DNA of 64,000 nt from Diadema antillarum (Eukaryota): positions 434,001 to 498,000 of the forward strand of contig NW_027272339.1 of the NCBI RefSeq assembly GCF_040938485.1, written 5' to 3'. The position numbers were made by a program, and so were the translations under genes. The notes below the pieces were generated by a model. That model worked only from the letters and a program-made list of their open reading frames with translations. It searched no databases and was not told the DNA's origin. Position 1 is the stretch's first letter. Every line of letters starts with the position of its first letter. Of this stretch, positions 46,374-60,512 are shown in pieces.

Positions 46374-48180
46374 CGGCGTAGCCAGGATTTCATCTTAGGG
46401 GGGGGGGGGCGGTTAGTCTGCGAGGGAGCGAAGCGACCGAGCCCGAGCGAGCATAGCGAGCGAGGGGGGAGGATGTGGGAGGGGGGACGTGAGAACTTTT
46501 TGCATTTTGATGTTGTAAATGGTGCAATTTGATGCATGTTTTTGCGCGTTTCATCGACGTGAAACAGTCCCACTTGTTTAAGGTAGCAGTTTATTTTGAT
46601 GTAGATTATTATTGAACAATTTGCCTATAAAATGGTATAATTCAAATACACTTCTTGTATTGATTCTTTTCACTGAATATCATGAACGCGACTGAACCCG
46701 AGCGAGCGGAGCGAGCGAAGGAGGGGAGGGTGTGGGAGGGGGTGTCCCCCCTCCCACGGTGAGAACTTTTTGCATTTTGATGTTGCAAATGGTGCAATTT
46801 GATACATGTTTTTGCGTGTTTTAACGAGTTGAAACAGTCCCACTTGCTTAAGGTAGCAGTTTATTTTGATGTAGATTATCACTGAACAATTTGCCTATAT
46901 TCTGGTATGATTTAGATACACTTCTTGTATTAATTCTTTTCACTGAAGATCATGAACGCGACTGAACCCAAGCGAGCGGAGCGAGCGAGGGGGGAGGGGA
47001 GGGTGTGGGAGGGGGGTGTCCCCCCTCCCACGGTAAGAACTTTTTGCATTTTGATGTTGCAAATGGTGCAATTTGATGCATGTTTTTGCGCGTTTTATCG
47101 ACGTGAAATAGTAACACTTGTTTAAGGTAGCAGTATATTTTGATGTAGATTATCATTGAACAATTTGCCTATAAAATGGTATCATTTAAATAATTTTCTT
47201 GTATTTATTCTTGCACTGAATATCATGAACGCTGTCTGTTCAGCAATCAAACAGAAAAAGCATGCACATGAGGGTTTAGATAGGGGCATATCCCCTCCCA
47301 CACGAAGGTGATTTTGCGTTATCAGACCTGAAATTCAGCGATCTGGTGCAAATTTTTGGTGCAATAATTTTTCATCGAAGAGTGAAAATCACGGAATTTA
47401 GCTCTTATTCCGAATGTGCACCATCTATGTGTGTGTATAAAGTCTAGTGAGGTAGAGCTTAGGGGAAGGGGGATTCCCCCGTTTTTAGAATTGAAATAAA
47501 GCGATCTGGGTATAGCCACAGTCTACTTCTATGCATGGCGGAAGGGGTGGGGGTAGGGGTGGGCGAGCAGGGAGAAGGCGTGGGCGAGTGTTATCTCCAC
47601 CCTTCCCTTCCGATGGAGCTTTTACCTTTTTAAGGTTGAAATTGAGATATCTCGTATACGCATATTTGATGGAATCAACATTTGGGAAATCACACACACA
47701 CACACACAAAAAAAAAACTACTGATGGGGGGGGGGGTGGGAGTGAGGGAGGAAAGGGTCGATTAAAAGGGGAAATTCCCCTTATACATGAGGTAACCTTC
47801 AGTTTTCGGAATATAAGTAATAAGTCTTGTGCACTCAGAATTATTCATAATTTTTTTGTAAATCTAAAAAGTGTACTAAGCTAGGGAAAGAGGCACAATG
47901 GGGGAGGGTTTGGGAGGGGGATACCCCCTCCCAAGCACGAGAGATTTTGCATATTTTGAATTGAAATTCAACGATCTGGTGCACACTTTGAGTGAAATAT
48001 TCACAAAAATATCTTATTTGATGAAAGGTTGCAAAGGAGACCCGCTTCATGTGCATGCATATAGTATACACGCATTTTTTTTTTCCGCCTCCCAAATCCC
48101 CGGTCCAAATCTTAGGGGGGGGGGGGGGGGGCGACCGCCCCCATCGCTCCCCCCCCCCCCCCTGGCTACGCCAGTGCCGT
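46374..48180. repeat. Composite non-autonomous DNA-element repeat with GGCGTAGCCAGG ends and three ~270-275-bp internal tandem units (~46430-47230)
   Basis: ggcgtagccagg near 46376 and cctggctacgcc near 48165 are inverted. The unit gagaactttttgcattttgatgttg recurs near 46491, 46761 and 47035. Confidence 0.6.
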
Positions 48181-50109
48181 TGTTAACAACGATTTCTTGT
48201 GAAATACATTTCACTGATTACTCCCTGAATATCAAAAGCAAAAGAAAAACAATAACGATGCAGTGGAGATGAATATCGCACTCAAAGCATTTATACGGCT
48301 TTGTCGGCAGCCGTTTGAATGAGGATATATCCAAATCATAGATTCATTTTGATTATTTCTTGTTTTCATTAATTGGATGATTTGGTAATGAGATATTTAA
48401 ATCTTATTGTCATTGCATTATAGTCGTTATAGATATAAGGAGGTAGAATCCATTAGTTACTGTCAAGTTCAGAAATTATTTGCTCCCATTTTAAATCGCA
48501 AAATGAGTTGACTTCATTCTTGTTGATTTTGGATGTTTGCGATTAAAGCTGCTTGAAAAAAAAGGGAAGGAAATACGGGATATTTTTAATCACAACTTCG
48601 CTAATACTCCATGTTGTGTTACAAATAACGCATTACTGGAAATAATTTATTTTGCTCTATCTAGCTGATGATGGACTTATACTTAAAAGTGCTACGAAAT
48701 GGCGATTAGCCCATTTTGCAAGGAAATCTCAAAATATTTACCCGAATTTTGAGACATGTTTATAACAGGAATCATAAAGTACCAGTGCAAAGAGTTGACC
48801 TCGAAGTGTTAGAAATACGCAAGAGATCTACACGTTAAGTAGAGACTTCATTTCCTTTTTTTTTAATGAAAAGTACACATTCATCCGACTGAGTATTTAT
48901 CATACTTACATCTGTTGAGTATAACTATTCCTATAGAAACTGCGCAATATAAATTTACAATTACAGCGTTTTCTGCACTTACTGAATTAACCTGCGCCCT
49001 ACATAATCGTTTTGAGAGTAAAGTTAGGAATAGTCAATGCACGCAGAGTAAAACGTATAATTATAATGAACCTGGGAGTATAAAGGATAAGGTATAAAGA
49101 AATAAGGTATATATTTAAGCCTGTTTCGGAATGTGCATAATGAAAAAATAGCAAAATATTTGAAAATGAAATATCGTTTTGTTGACATTGATCTGAAACA
49201 ATCTATATCCGGGCAGGAAAGGTGTCTTATTACGTGGAAAATGTGTGTAATAGAAAAAAAAAATGAGCCCGTCCTCAACAGGCCAAAGTTGATATGCCTT
49301 GGGCAAACTTCATGGAATTCTTGTAGGCCAGTAAATCTGATTCTACATTCTCATGATCCTTCTCGAAGACTGGATGTGGCAACATCCAGTCAGCCCACAG
49401 CTCAGAACGAAATCGGTGCACACCTTACGAAGAAAATCACAAGTATGCTATAATAATAATTCGTCTCGCTCATTTCCCCATTATTTCTATTCTTTCTGAA
49501 TTTGTTGTTTTTCATTTTCCTCTTTTCCATATCCTCCGCTTCCTCCTCTTCCTCCTTCTTCTTTTGCTAATTCATTTCCTATTTGTATTCTTTCTGTATT
49601 TGTTGTCTGGACATTTTCTGAATGCAATACTGCAGTAAAGAAGCAAACTTGATATATCTTGATGAAAAAACAAAAACAAAAACTTTTGACGTGTCGAGCT
49701 ACATATCAAGACCAATATCTAATCTTCCAAGATTTTATTTTGTTTTGTTTTTTTAACTATAAGACTGGAAAGACTTGCATTTAGACTACAGCTTATCTGT
49801 CTTCTACGCCCTTGTCTGCATCATTGGTTAATTCAAATCACGCCTGCATCTTCTGTAAATTGTGGGAAAATGTCACAATATACAGTGTATTTTGCTCTGC
49901 TGGGGAATAGGAACAAACAAAAATCGCTGTAAATGTCAAACTTACAAACCTACATATGCTTTGAACAAATGCTACAGCAGATTTCACACACACTATATTA
50001 CAGACCAACCTGTACATAAATTCACACAAATTAAGCACTTCACACCTTCATAAGATACCAACTGCTACACCAAATCTCACACACACTACAGACCAACCTA
50101 TACATAAAG

Positions 50110-50128
50110 TCGCCACACACACACACAC

Positions 50129-50165
<37 letters not shown>
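50110..50165. repeat. (CA)n microsatellite (further CA tracts near 4950-4985, 50930-50980 and 55285)
   Basis: Direct reading. Confidence 0.85.
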
Positions 50166-50167
<2 letters not shown>

Positions 50168-50928
50168 AACAAACAAAAACAAAAACAAAACAAACAAACA
50201 AATGAACACTCCACACCTTTACTTAAGACTCCACACCAGGTACTACACCAAATCTTACAGACACTACATAATTGCATGAAGTCATGAATTAGACAAATAC
50301 AGGAATCAAACCTCTAAAAAGATGGAAAAGAATAAATCTTATATAAATCAAATGCTTTCATCACACTGACCCTGAATATCTTACCAATGCAGTATGCATT
50401 CAAACCCCAGAGTATTCTCTTTGCCAAAAATATCTTTGCCAAAACAACACAAACTTTTTGGGGAAAATATATTTTTTATATTCTGGTAAAATATCATTAA
50501 ACATAATTATACTAATACTATATGACATCTTTTGGTCTATTGAGAAAATCTGCTGTTTTAAACAGTGTTAGTAGATAGAATTTGTCATAGGTTGTGTTTT
50601 TGAAATACAATGCATCTTTTAGTCGTTATTACCCATTGAATAGCTATGACTGATTTTTCGTATACACCGACTTTTCATCGTAGGATCTTACAGGTTACTT
50701 TGGATGCTAATGCAGTCATCCTGCATAGTATTTTGAATTTTGTTTTGATATGTTGTTCACATTTGTATTACTATTTGTATTATTATTATTGTATTGTTGT
50801 AATTTGTATTTTGCTATTTCAGCTTGTACACCATTGTACTTTTTATGTGGACCCCTTTGAAAAGAAGACTTTAACAGAAAGGGCTATTCACCCTGTGAAT
50901 TGAGATAGATGAACACAGAGTGAACTAT

Positions 50929-50984
<56 letters not shown>

Positions 50985-53900
50985 CTGCAAACTTACAAAC
51001 ACTCCACACCTTGTAATACACTTCAAACAAATCTACAAACACTTCAAAACTCACAAATACTACATAACCTACATACTTGCATAGTGATACATACAAACAA
51101 TATCAACCCTACACAGACTAATTATCAGCAGCCCTCTTCCCGACAGAAAAAAAAAAAAATCCATGAAAACAAAACGAAACCCAAATGTTCAAATTACGAC
51201 AAACAGACACAGAAATAACACAATTACACCACGTAAAGGTTCATTTCTTGAAAATAAAATATTTTGTTCTTCTTCCTTTTTTTTTCTCTCACAGACCACA
51301 CAAGCTTTGCTTTTCCACTGAACAATATCCACTTGCTGTGTATAAAAATAAATTATCTGAAACATATAATTTACATACTTTAGCTGTCAAACAAGCAACA
51401 CTGAATACAACTATTACATTCACAACATTTTTGTTGTTGTCATCTCTGCTTAAATTAAACATTTCTTTGGATCAACATACTTATCAAGACAAACTACCAC
51501 ACATCTGACAGCAGAATATTAAATTTCATGTTATCAAGTGATTTATATACTTTTTTTTTTCTACCTTATATGAGCTTATCACCTCTTTGCATTGTGGGCA
51601 GATCATCAGAAATATATGTTTATTTCTTTAAAAAAAAATACATATGTCTTTAAAAAAAAATACATATGTCTTTAAAAAAAAAAGAAGCTATTCTGGCACC
51701 TACACTTAGCATTCAGTTTTATTTTGCCAAGAAGGTTGTGGTATAAATATTCAATCAAGCCAAACAAAGGGGGCAATGAGTTGGGAATGAGACAGTGAAA
51801 ATAATATACACGTTGTACTCCCAAACTGCAGTTTACTGCTTACACCAAAATAGAGAAATGTGTTGATGCTAGAAAGGTGCTATTACAGATCAAACTTTAA
51901 CACATGCGGGGAAATATTTTTGAACCAAACCGCGATTATATACACAGTGTATATTTTTTACTGTCCGTGCTGTTTTAGTAATTGGCCATTGGCCGTGTAC
52001 CGGTGGAAAAAACAAAAAACAAAAACAAATGGGCAATCGTATATGGCTGGTTGTTTTTTCTGACATTACCCTTTGCTGTTTTGTTTGCGTGCTATTACTT
52101 GATTAGACGCACTATAATTATCTACTACACTCACGGCACACACAGCTATGACCAAGCCAGCTTAGTCTTGGGTGCCAGACCCTAGGCCTTTTGACACTAC
52201 CATTTATGAAACAGACAAAATTTGAGAAATGATAATTCTTCTCCTCACACAACACTATGTTTCTTAGCCTTGAAACAAATTGAACTTGAACTTGAACTTG
52301 AGCCTGCAACTAGACCTGCTTTTTGTCTCAAGGTTTCCCCACAACACATAAAAATGGGCTCACTACTATACTTCAACTAAATGGTTGCCTGTAGACCTAT
52401 TAATTAACTACATTGAAGCACTGAAATCATGGTGATGATGATGCTAACACTTTCTTAACCCATTTCACACTGAATTCTGAAATGCCCATAGACTTAATAC
52501 GCAGGCCACCAGGTTCCCGTATGGAACAGAACCTACAGGATTCTACAATCCCTGTAGATCTGTACAAGAGTCTCCAGATTCCCACACGCAATGGGTTGAA
52601 GAAGGCTGGTATAATTGATAAGAAAATCAATAAAAAAATTGCAATCACGATAATTATATCATATCCAACATAAACCCAGTACAAAGACATAATTATCATG
52701 CATTAGTGCAGTGAAAGTCTAGTGCTGCGCACATTAATCACTAAATGTTGGAATTGCAAGACGCATCAAATAGTCCCATCCATTACAAATCATGCTGTGA
52801 AATGTGATAAAGAATAATACATCCAGATACTTTGTAAAGCATCACTTGCAACATAACCATTGCATGATTAATGATACAGTCACTGGTGTCAAAGAAGAAA
52901 AAAATTCTTTCATTTGATCCCTTCCTTGCTCTTTATACTTATTTGCTTTGGTCGCAAAATTTCCCAAAGCTGTTTTATTGAAAATTTACAACTGATTTTG
53001 AGAACACCAAAACACTTTAGATGATTAAAGTTCTTTTTACATTCTTGAATGGGCAGTTTTTGCTGTTTAATTTCTTTCTTGAGTTTGTGCACATTTAATG
53101 AATAAAACCAGTTCCATCCCATTCCTATCCAACAAAAGGAAATGCAGTAAAATTCAGAGGCCTGGGTAGGGTTAAATCAAGTAGTCACAGTGTAGATGGG
53201 ATGGACAAGAGAAAACATGGCCAGAGACAAACACACTTATACGTACTGCCTCAACCAGTCTCACAACAAACAGTTGTTCATCGAAGCTGGTACCATTCCT
53301 ATTTTTAGTCTCAAGGCAAGTCCGACTTTGAACAACAAGCGTGGCCGAGAAGCGGACACAAACAGGATACACAGGTTTGACAGTGGGTTGCAGATGTGTT
53401 TTCTCTTTTTGTTTAGACGTCCAATCAAATGAAGGTATACGAGGTGAAAAATTCTTGCAAGCATCACAGATAACATAAGGCAAAAACACCTAACAACACT
53501 CATTGGTCTGTTCTACTTTTTGGCAGTAATTTGCAAAATTTTACTAAAGATTCTTCTCTCTTTTTTCTGCTCAAAGGCATTCTATGTTTGAGAGAACTCT
53601 GGATTACAATTGGCGTAGAGCTGCAAGTATTCCTCGTGTCTTTTTCATCAAAACAGCTGGCCTAGCTATTCGTTTGTTCGTTCGTTTCCTTCCCCGCTAT
53701 GGTCATCTACTATTTCATCACAAATTTAAAGACTCAAAACGACAGATATCAGTCAAAAAGGCCTCAAACAATACAAGGCACTTCCTATGTTGATGTCATC
53801 ATTAATCCCACCAAAATATCAGCATAAAACATCACACACAGCCTGTACAGAATGTGAGTTTTTCCCTCTACACACACAACTTCAGTTTGTGATTGGCATG

Positions 53901-56900
53901 CAGTGTTCATTCCCTACATCATTACAAGTATATGGGACTATGTACTGTGATTTTTTTTTTTCATTAACTGATATAAGAATATACTGATACAATCAACTTG
54001 TTTACAAAGACCATACATGCGAGAACAACAGAAAAAAATGGTCTTTACAGACAGTTCATCGCTACACAGTGACACCACAATTCAGCAGCATGTAAAGTGC
54101 CTTGAGAGTAGTTATATGCCTAGTGGTCTTTCATAAGGCCAGTGGTTGTAATACCAATGTATTTTTTCACACCTTACTCAATACAAACTTACACAGACGC
54201 AGCATCCGATGTTCCGACATTTATAAAAACAACTACCGGAACATCAGCCTTCCAGAAATTGCATTTATAAATGTCTTGTTCTGTGGTTTTAACACTCAAT
54301 CTGAAAGTGATTTATACCATACAGTTTTTGCCCTCAGGGCAAGTTAAAACTAAACTAAATCTGACACAACTTTCTAGGAAAATAACACATCCGCTCCAGA
54401 CTTAGTCATCAGGTCAAATTCCACTGGACTTTAACCTACTATTTCTTTCCACGTGAAATCAAATTGATTAGACTATCACACCTAGTACTATGTTAGATAA
54501 TAAGTATCATATGTAACCAGTAAATATTCTAGGAAAGACACCTTTCTAAAGGACAATTATCATTTACCATTACATAGACGAAATCCATACCGAGGATAAA
54601 ATTCAGGGCAGTGTTTGAAAATATCCAGTCTTAAAATACTCAACTTTTAATAATATAGTACTAGCTATAATAGACACAGTCAAACAGCATACAGGATGTC
54701 CGCTCGTTGCCGTGGTAACAGGAAGGATGTGTTGTGCAGCATTGAAATATTGGAAAAATGGTCCTTATCATCTCAGATTTTCTGCATGTAGCACATGGGG
54801 CAGGGCATAGTATCCAATCTCGTAAACAAGGGGTCCCATTAACGTGGCTACATACATAGGGCCTATACAGCTTACATATATTTGTATGTCATTATACTGC
54901 TAATCTTTGAAAGAAATACCAGTCGTTAACCATGAAGTCAAAGCCCCAATCTATTTTTGTACTTTGTGTGTGTGTTTTTATGAAACATCCCTAAAATAGT
55001 ACAGAATGACTTGAGCTCCTACACAAGGCCACCTTGTTATGCCACGAAAACAAACACTATACGCCTCGCAAAGAAGATGCTCGATGTAAATCAATGGAGG
55101 ATCCCTACATTCGCATATCGACCAGACGTCCATTCGCAAAAAACAAACAAGGATGTCCGATTATGATACGAGTGCTGGAATATCTCTCACGTGTATTCCC
55201 CCAATATTTGACGTACGCCGAGATTTCAACGAGGTCTATCGTCCTGATATTTGGGCAAAAAAGAACCTAATCTATCCTCTCTCACACACACACACACTCA
55301 CGCACGCATAGAGAAAGTAAAAAAAGGAGCAATATAAAGGCAAAATGACTCGTTCTCATCTCTAGAACAGCCAGCTAAATTATTTCAGATTAGCTGTCAC
55401 CAAGTGCAGAAAAAAAAAAGATTGCATTTCTTATCAGTTAGATCGCTGCTTCTGATTACCATTTCTACACACCTTCTGCAAATTGTGCACTTCCCTCGAG
55501 CAAATAACGGGTATGCTGACACCAAAATGATGTCTCACGTAATCGATCGGGCATGGAACTGTGGCATTTCTTGCATTTACAAGACAAGTGACTCCAGTGT
55601 AATTTGATAGCATATATCCACTGTAAGACTTTATAATATGCCCTGTATTTGCCTATCAAATTATATATCTTTAGATTAGGGGCAAAAGGGTGTATGGACT
55701 AATACACAGTCAACCTTTATGTATTATATCCGTACTCAAAAACAAGGAATTTTCATGGGGAAATTTTTATCTAAACTCTTCATAATATGTCATCATTCCA
55801 TTTCTTGCTCACTCGTGGACATTGACAAATGAGGATGGTAAATCAAAAACTACACACTTTCCCCCCCCCTTTTTTTTTGATAACTGATTGCCCGCCCATT
55901 TTCTATAACCCCTACTGTACTTACTGCTTATCAATTGGCACAGATGTTAGGAAACTAATCCCAAATGAATAGAGATTACCTAATCCCTTCTCAATAATCT
56001 CTATCGTGTCACCATGGCCTTCCAGTTGGAATGAGGCACACTGCTACACCCAAGATGGTGTGTAAAGTTACAAATTAGGTCCAGTTTGGAGGAATCATCC
56101 AACTGCGGCCGAGAAAGCATGGCATGTCACAGCTAAGTGCCAGAGCAATGAAGGGTTACATTTGCCCAAAATCACAAATCATGGTGAATTTCACTTGAAA
56201 GCATGTAGTGAATTGGTATCATATTCTAAAAGGCACCAAGTAGCATATAATCTCTCCTGTCAGTTTCGTATAATTACTTTACATGATATACATAAAATAT
56301 CATCGAAAGATGACCGAGACATACCTTCATTCTTTTGCGCTGTTGGAATGTGCTTCCCTTTGTCACCTTTCAATGACAAAGGCAAACACATACATTTTTT
56401 TTCTCATGACCTACTCTATCTGATAAATAACTAATTGTAAGAATAATATATGGCTACTTTGTAGCGACACCTTTGATAGACTTTCTTTAATCGAAATTTC
56501 TGATGATATACTTTCCAGGCATGGGCTGAAACCATGCTTATTGCACTTAATCTGTTGGCATGTCTGAAAGAACATAATAACCCACAATACATATCATTCA
56601 GGTTGCTTCACCATAACCAAAAACTCCTTAACTTTTTGGCCACCCTTTTGGGAGAGTTTGGAAATCTCCTGTACCCTTGCTGTCCCACCCCCCTCCCCTT
56701 CTGTAAGCAAAAGAGTATAATTTCTGTGACACAAATTTATAACTTTGGAAGTGTATCAGGGTTGTTATTCTTTACTTTACACCACCCCTTTCTGTGTATT
56801 TAAACACACACACAAAAAAAAAACTGTGTCCTTCCCAAAAGCTAGTGCCTCATTACTTCAAATACTTCACACATACCACAAAACGAATCATTCATAATCA

Positions 56901-57333
56901 ATTACGACTGAGATTCACAATCCAGCCCTTTTCAAATGCAAACTGCCATATTAGTAACGGACAAAATTTTCAGAGTCATAAGATAACATGTACAATGACA
57001 GTTGCTGTGATAGAAGTTCAACTGTTTCAGCTTGTACTATCTCATCGATTCACACTACCATCTTCTGGCATAACAAGGTTATCACTATCTGAAGGCATAA
57101 GAGTCTGGAAAGAAGACAACCTTCCATATTAAATGACTACATTTAGTAACAGCAGCTGATCTTGGGCTCATACATCTTGAATAGAAGAGATGAATGGTCC
57201 ACAATCCTCCATCGCAACCAAAATTCACCTCTAGAAATAAATAAGAAGCAAGTTTCTTATGTACAGACACTTTGAATAAATAAGGTGAGACATTATGATT
57301 TCCTCTAGCTTGAATTCTATCAGAGTTCATGGT

Positions 57334-59130
57334 TTATGTTTCTGTCGTTGAGCAGGATCTACTGGAAATACCCATAGCAAAGTCAGTACCTATATTGAAA
57401 ACCTGAGATATAGCAGTGACATTAGTGATTGCTCCCTTTTGGGCATTGAGATCAATAACACCTGACTGGTTGTCTGGCATCTTGTGCAGGGAGAGGTCAA
57501 TGGCGCCTCCATCCTCCCCAGGCGGCGGAAGGTGCCCCTGCATAAGGAAGTGCGTCTTCAGGTGCCGGTTGAGGTGGTGGGAGCGGGCAAAGGCTGTAGC
57601 ACAGACGTTGCAGATGTACGGCTTCTCCCCGGTGTGCGTCCGCCGGTGGATCACGAGGTGGTGCTTGCGGCTGAATGCGTCGCCGCACTCGCCGCAGACG
57701 TACGGCTTCTCACCGGTGTGCGTGCGGATGTGGTTGGTCAGGATGCACTTGCGGGCAAACATGGCGCCGCACTCCTCGCACCGGAATGGCTTCTCACCGG
57801 TGTGCGCCCGCATGTGGCGCACCACGTGGTGTCGGTGCTTGAACGTCGCCCCGCACTGCTGGCAGGTGAACATTTTGGCAGCATTTGCACCCGTCACCGA
57901 CGAGATGAGATCCGGTTTGCGGTAGAAAGGTGGCAGGCGACTGGCAGTGCTGGGAAGGGGCTGGAATGGCAACACACCATGGCATGGCGGCTCCTGCTTG
58001 ATAGGAGGCAGAGGAACAAAGTTCATCCGCATCAAGTCCTCCAGCTGCATGCGGTGCAGGGCTTCCATAGGCGGTAGGCTGGCAGCTTTGCTCATGAGTT
58101 CCACCATCATACCGGCGTGACTTGATGACCTGGAGACGAACGTCTGACCAGCAAGGGGGCTGCTGCATTGCTGCATGCTGGTGCATGGCCCCACAACTCC
58201 CGGTTCTGTCTTCACCATAATGGGTAAACTCCTCACCATGGTGAATGGGTTGGGTGCATAGAGACTACTGCCGTGGAGACCACCAGCTACACTGCTCTCC
58301 CGAAAACGTTGGTTTTCGTGAGAATCTCTCCCAGCTTCCGTTTTGATCGTGCAATCATCAGCATCAAGTTGCTCCTCCTTGATGCGAGGTTTAACCTTTG
58401 TGAACTTGGTTGATTCGCCTGTGTCCATGTCAACGTCCGTGCTGGGCACAAAGGTGTGAGGAATGGAGGGCCTCCATTCCAATTTGGATGCAAGTGTCAC
58501 AGGCAGCAAGGATGCACTACAACCGAGTCTCGGGACAGCGGGAGCATCTGGTGGTTCAGGATGGTGTGAAACCTCATGTGCGCCATTGGTATCAACCCGC
58601 CACAGCCCTTCGCTGGTCCTAGCCTTGGGCTTGAAACAAGCCATCATTGACCTGCTTCGAGTGTCCCTGGCGGGAGCTGCAGAAGATCTATCCTCAGATC
58701 TGCCAGCTGGATCCACATCCATGGACTCCGCATCGTCTGCCTTCTTATTACCCTTCTCCTTCTCCTTCTCCTCCTCCTCCTGGGGTAAAAGAACAGCGAT
58801 GCCCTTGCTGCACCACTGCACTTCATCGTCAGTGTCGTCCTCTGTCTGTCTGCCACAATCCTCCGGGCGGTTCTTCCCGCTCCTGCTGGACTTGTACTTG
58901 AGTTTCGTTGCCCCCGATTCGAGGGACTGTTGGGCAAAGGTTTCGGGCAGGGTTGCCCGCGATGCTCCTGCTTCGACACGCTCCCTTGGCACGGTTGCCA
59001 CGGTTGCAGCAGCTTCGTTGGGTTCTGATGCATCCTCTATAGTGCCGTCCACCGAGGAGGCGGCTTGCGTCGCAGCCACTTCGCACTCCATGGCTTCTGA
59101 CCTCATGAATGCCTTCTGTTTAGGATGCAT
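57334..59130 (-). CDS. C2H2 zinc-finger transcription factor, 598 aa, four tandem Kruppel-type fingers near the C-terminus
   Basis: Four CxxC...HxxxH fingers joined by TGEKP linkers. Splice acceptor (polypyrimidine + cag) at 59155 with an in-frame TAA before the ATG, so the ORF is probably a single coding exon after a 5'-UTR intron. No specific orthologue recognised. Confidence 0.92.
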   Translation of the reverse strand: MHPKQKAFMRSEAMECEVAATQAASSVDGTIEDASEPNEAAATVATVPRERVEAGASRATLPETFAQQSLESGATKLKYKSSRSGKNRPEDCGRQTEDDTDDEVQWCSKGIAVLLPQEEEEKEKEKGNKKADDAESMDVDPAGRSEDRSSAAPARDTRSRSMMACFKPKARTSEGLWRVDTNGAHEVSHHPEPPDAPAVPRLGCSASLLPVTLASKLEWRPSIPHTFVPSTDVDMDTGESTKFTKVKPRIKEEQLDADDCTIKTEAGRDSHENQRFRESSVAGGLHGSSLYAPNPFTMVRSLPIMVKTEPGVVGPCTSMQQCSSPLAGQTFVSRSSSHAGMMVELMSKAASLPPMEALHRMQLEDLMRMNFVPLPPIKQEPPCHGVLPFQPLPSTASRLPPFYRKPDLISSVTGANAAKMFTCQQCGATFKHRHHVVRHMRAHTGEKPFRCEECGAMFARKCILTNHIRTHTGEKPYVCGECGDAFSRKHHLVIHRRTHTGEKPYICNVCATAFARSHHLNRHLKTHFLMQGHLPPPGEDGGAIDLSLHKMPDNQSGVIDLNAQKGAITNVTAISQVFNIGTDFAMGISSRSCSTTET

Positions 59131-60435
59131 TGTGTCTCTGATGATGTCTTATACCTGCAGGTACAAAAAGCAAAAGATGAAAGGAATGATTCAAGAGTTT
59201 ATTTCTTTAACCCCATTTGGGTAATACCATCTTTTAGTCATACTTCACTTTGGGGGTAAAACACTGTTTCTACACACAAGATATCATCTTCTTCAAGTGA
59301 GCAACACAGTAAGATGTCCACATACTACCGAACTGGGGGAAAAATCTGTTGTTTGGGGAAAGGAAAGACACCAATACAACATACTGTCTTATTGATGCTT
59401 CTTCTCGAAGCCAGTAAACATGTGTACCAAATGAAACAGACTACAATACAATAACACAATCAAACATATTTTTGCAAAAAGCTTCATCTATCTTATCTTT
59501 ACCTGATGTTTAACCTATCATCAATTATCAATCCATTTTTGCTGGTGACATACTTGCACTGCCCTCTGTAGCCATGGATAAGACAAGGAAAACATATTCA
59601 TAATACCTGTCTCACCATAAATAAATGTCAGGGTATATATGGCATGTACACAATGACCTGTTGTCCATTATCTTTCTGCATTATGGCAAAGCTCTCTTAT
59701 ATCATGTCGGGGAGAGATTTATATACTGCCATAAACGGTATCGCTGCGTCATACTACACATATTTATGGCAGTGAAGATTCTGAGAAATGCTTCCTCAAA
59801 TCTTTCCCCTTTTTTTCAGGCCATATTCATGTGACAGGATATACTGGTGCTTCTCTATGGCAGCAAGAACAAACAAACAAACAAACAAACACACAAGCAT
59901 CTAAAGTGGTAGTTTATACAGAATTGAAGTTTGTACTTCTACCATCATTCCACAGAAATATCTGATAGCCCTTTGAAATAACACATTCTGCTGATCTCTT
60001 AGGCATCATTTTTCGATTGAAATGCTCATTATTACAATGAAATCCTTCCTAGTCAGTCGTGCTGTTATATCACTTGCTTNNNNNNNNNNNNNNNNNNNNN
60101 NNNNNNNNNNNNNNNNNNNNNNNNNNNNNNNNNNNNNNNNNNNNNNNNNNNNNNNNNNNNNNNNNNNNNNNNNNNNNNNNNNNNNNNNNNNNNNNNNNNN
60201 NNNNNNNNNNNNNNNNNNNNNCTATGCATCACTGCCAGATGGGAGTAAGTCACTCATCACATTTATGATAAGTGTCCACTCTTCTTATAAAAGTGGGAAA
60301 GCAGTCGCAATCTCTATGTTGGATTCTTTTTTCTTTTCTTTCTTTCTTCTTTTTTTTTCCCAACTGGACCTTGGGAATTTCTGAAAAGAAGTAAAAAGAA
60401 TTTCTCAAAATGCCTGGCAGCTAGTTTGTCCTGAA

Positions 60436-60512
60436 AGAAAAGAAAAGAAAAGAAAAGAAAAGAAGAAGAAGAAGAAGAAGAAGAAGAAGAAGAAGAAGAA
60501 GAAGAAGAAGAA
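60436..60512. repeat. (AAAAG)n/(GAA)n microsatellite
   Basis: Direct reading. Confidence 0.9.

Noticed and set aside
48200-57300. Searched for hidden genes or ncRNAs in the 9-kb stretch downstream of the zinc-finger gene
   Set aside because: Only microsatellites, a (TTCAAG)n-type tail near 52275-52310 and short chance ORFs; consistent with 3' UTR or intergenic DNA.
57416-59224. Long + strand ORFs (169, 197, 253 aa) antisense to the zinc-finger gene
   Set aside because: Expected shadow ORFs of a GC-rich coding exon; no motifs.
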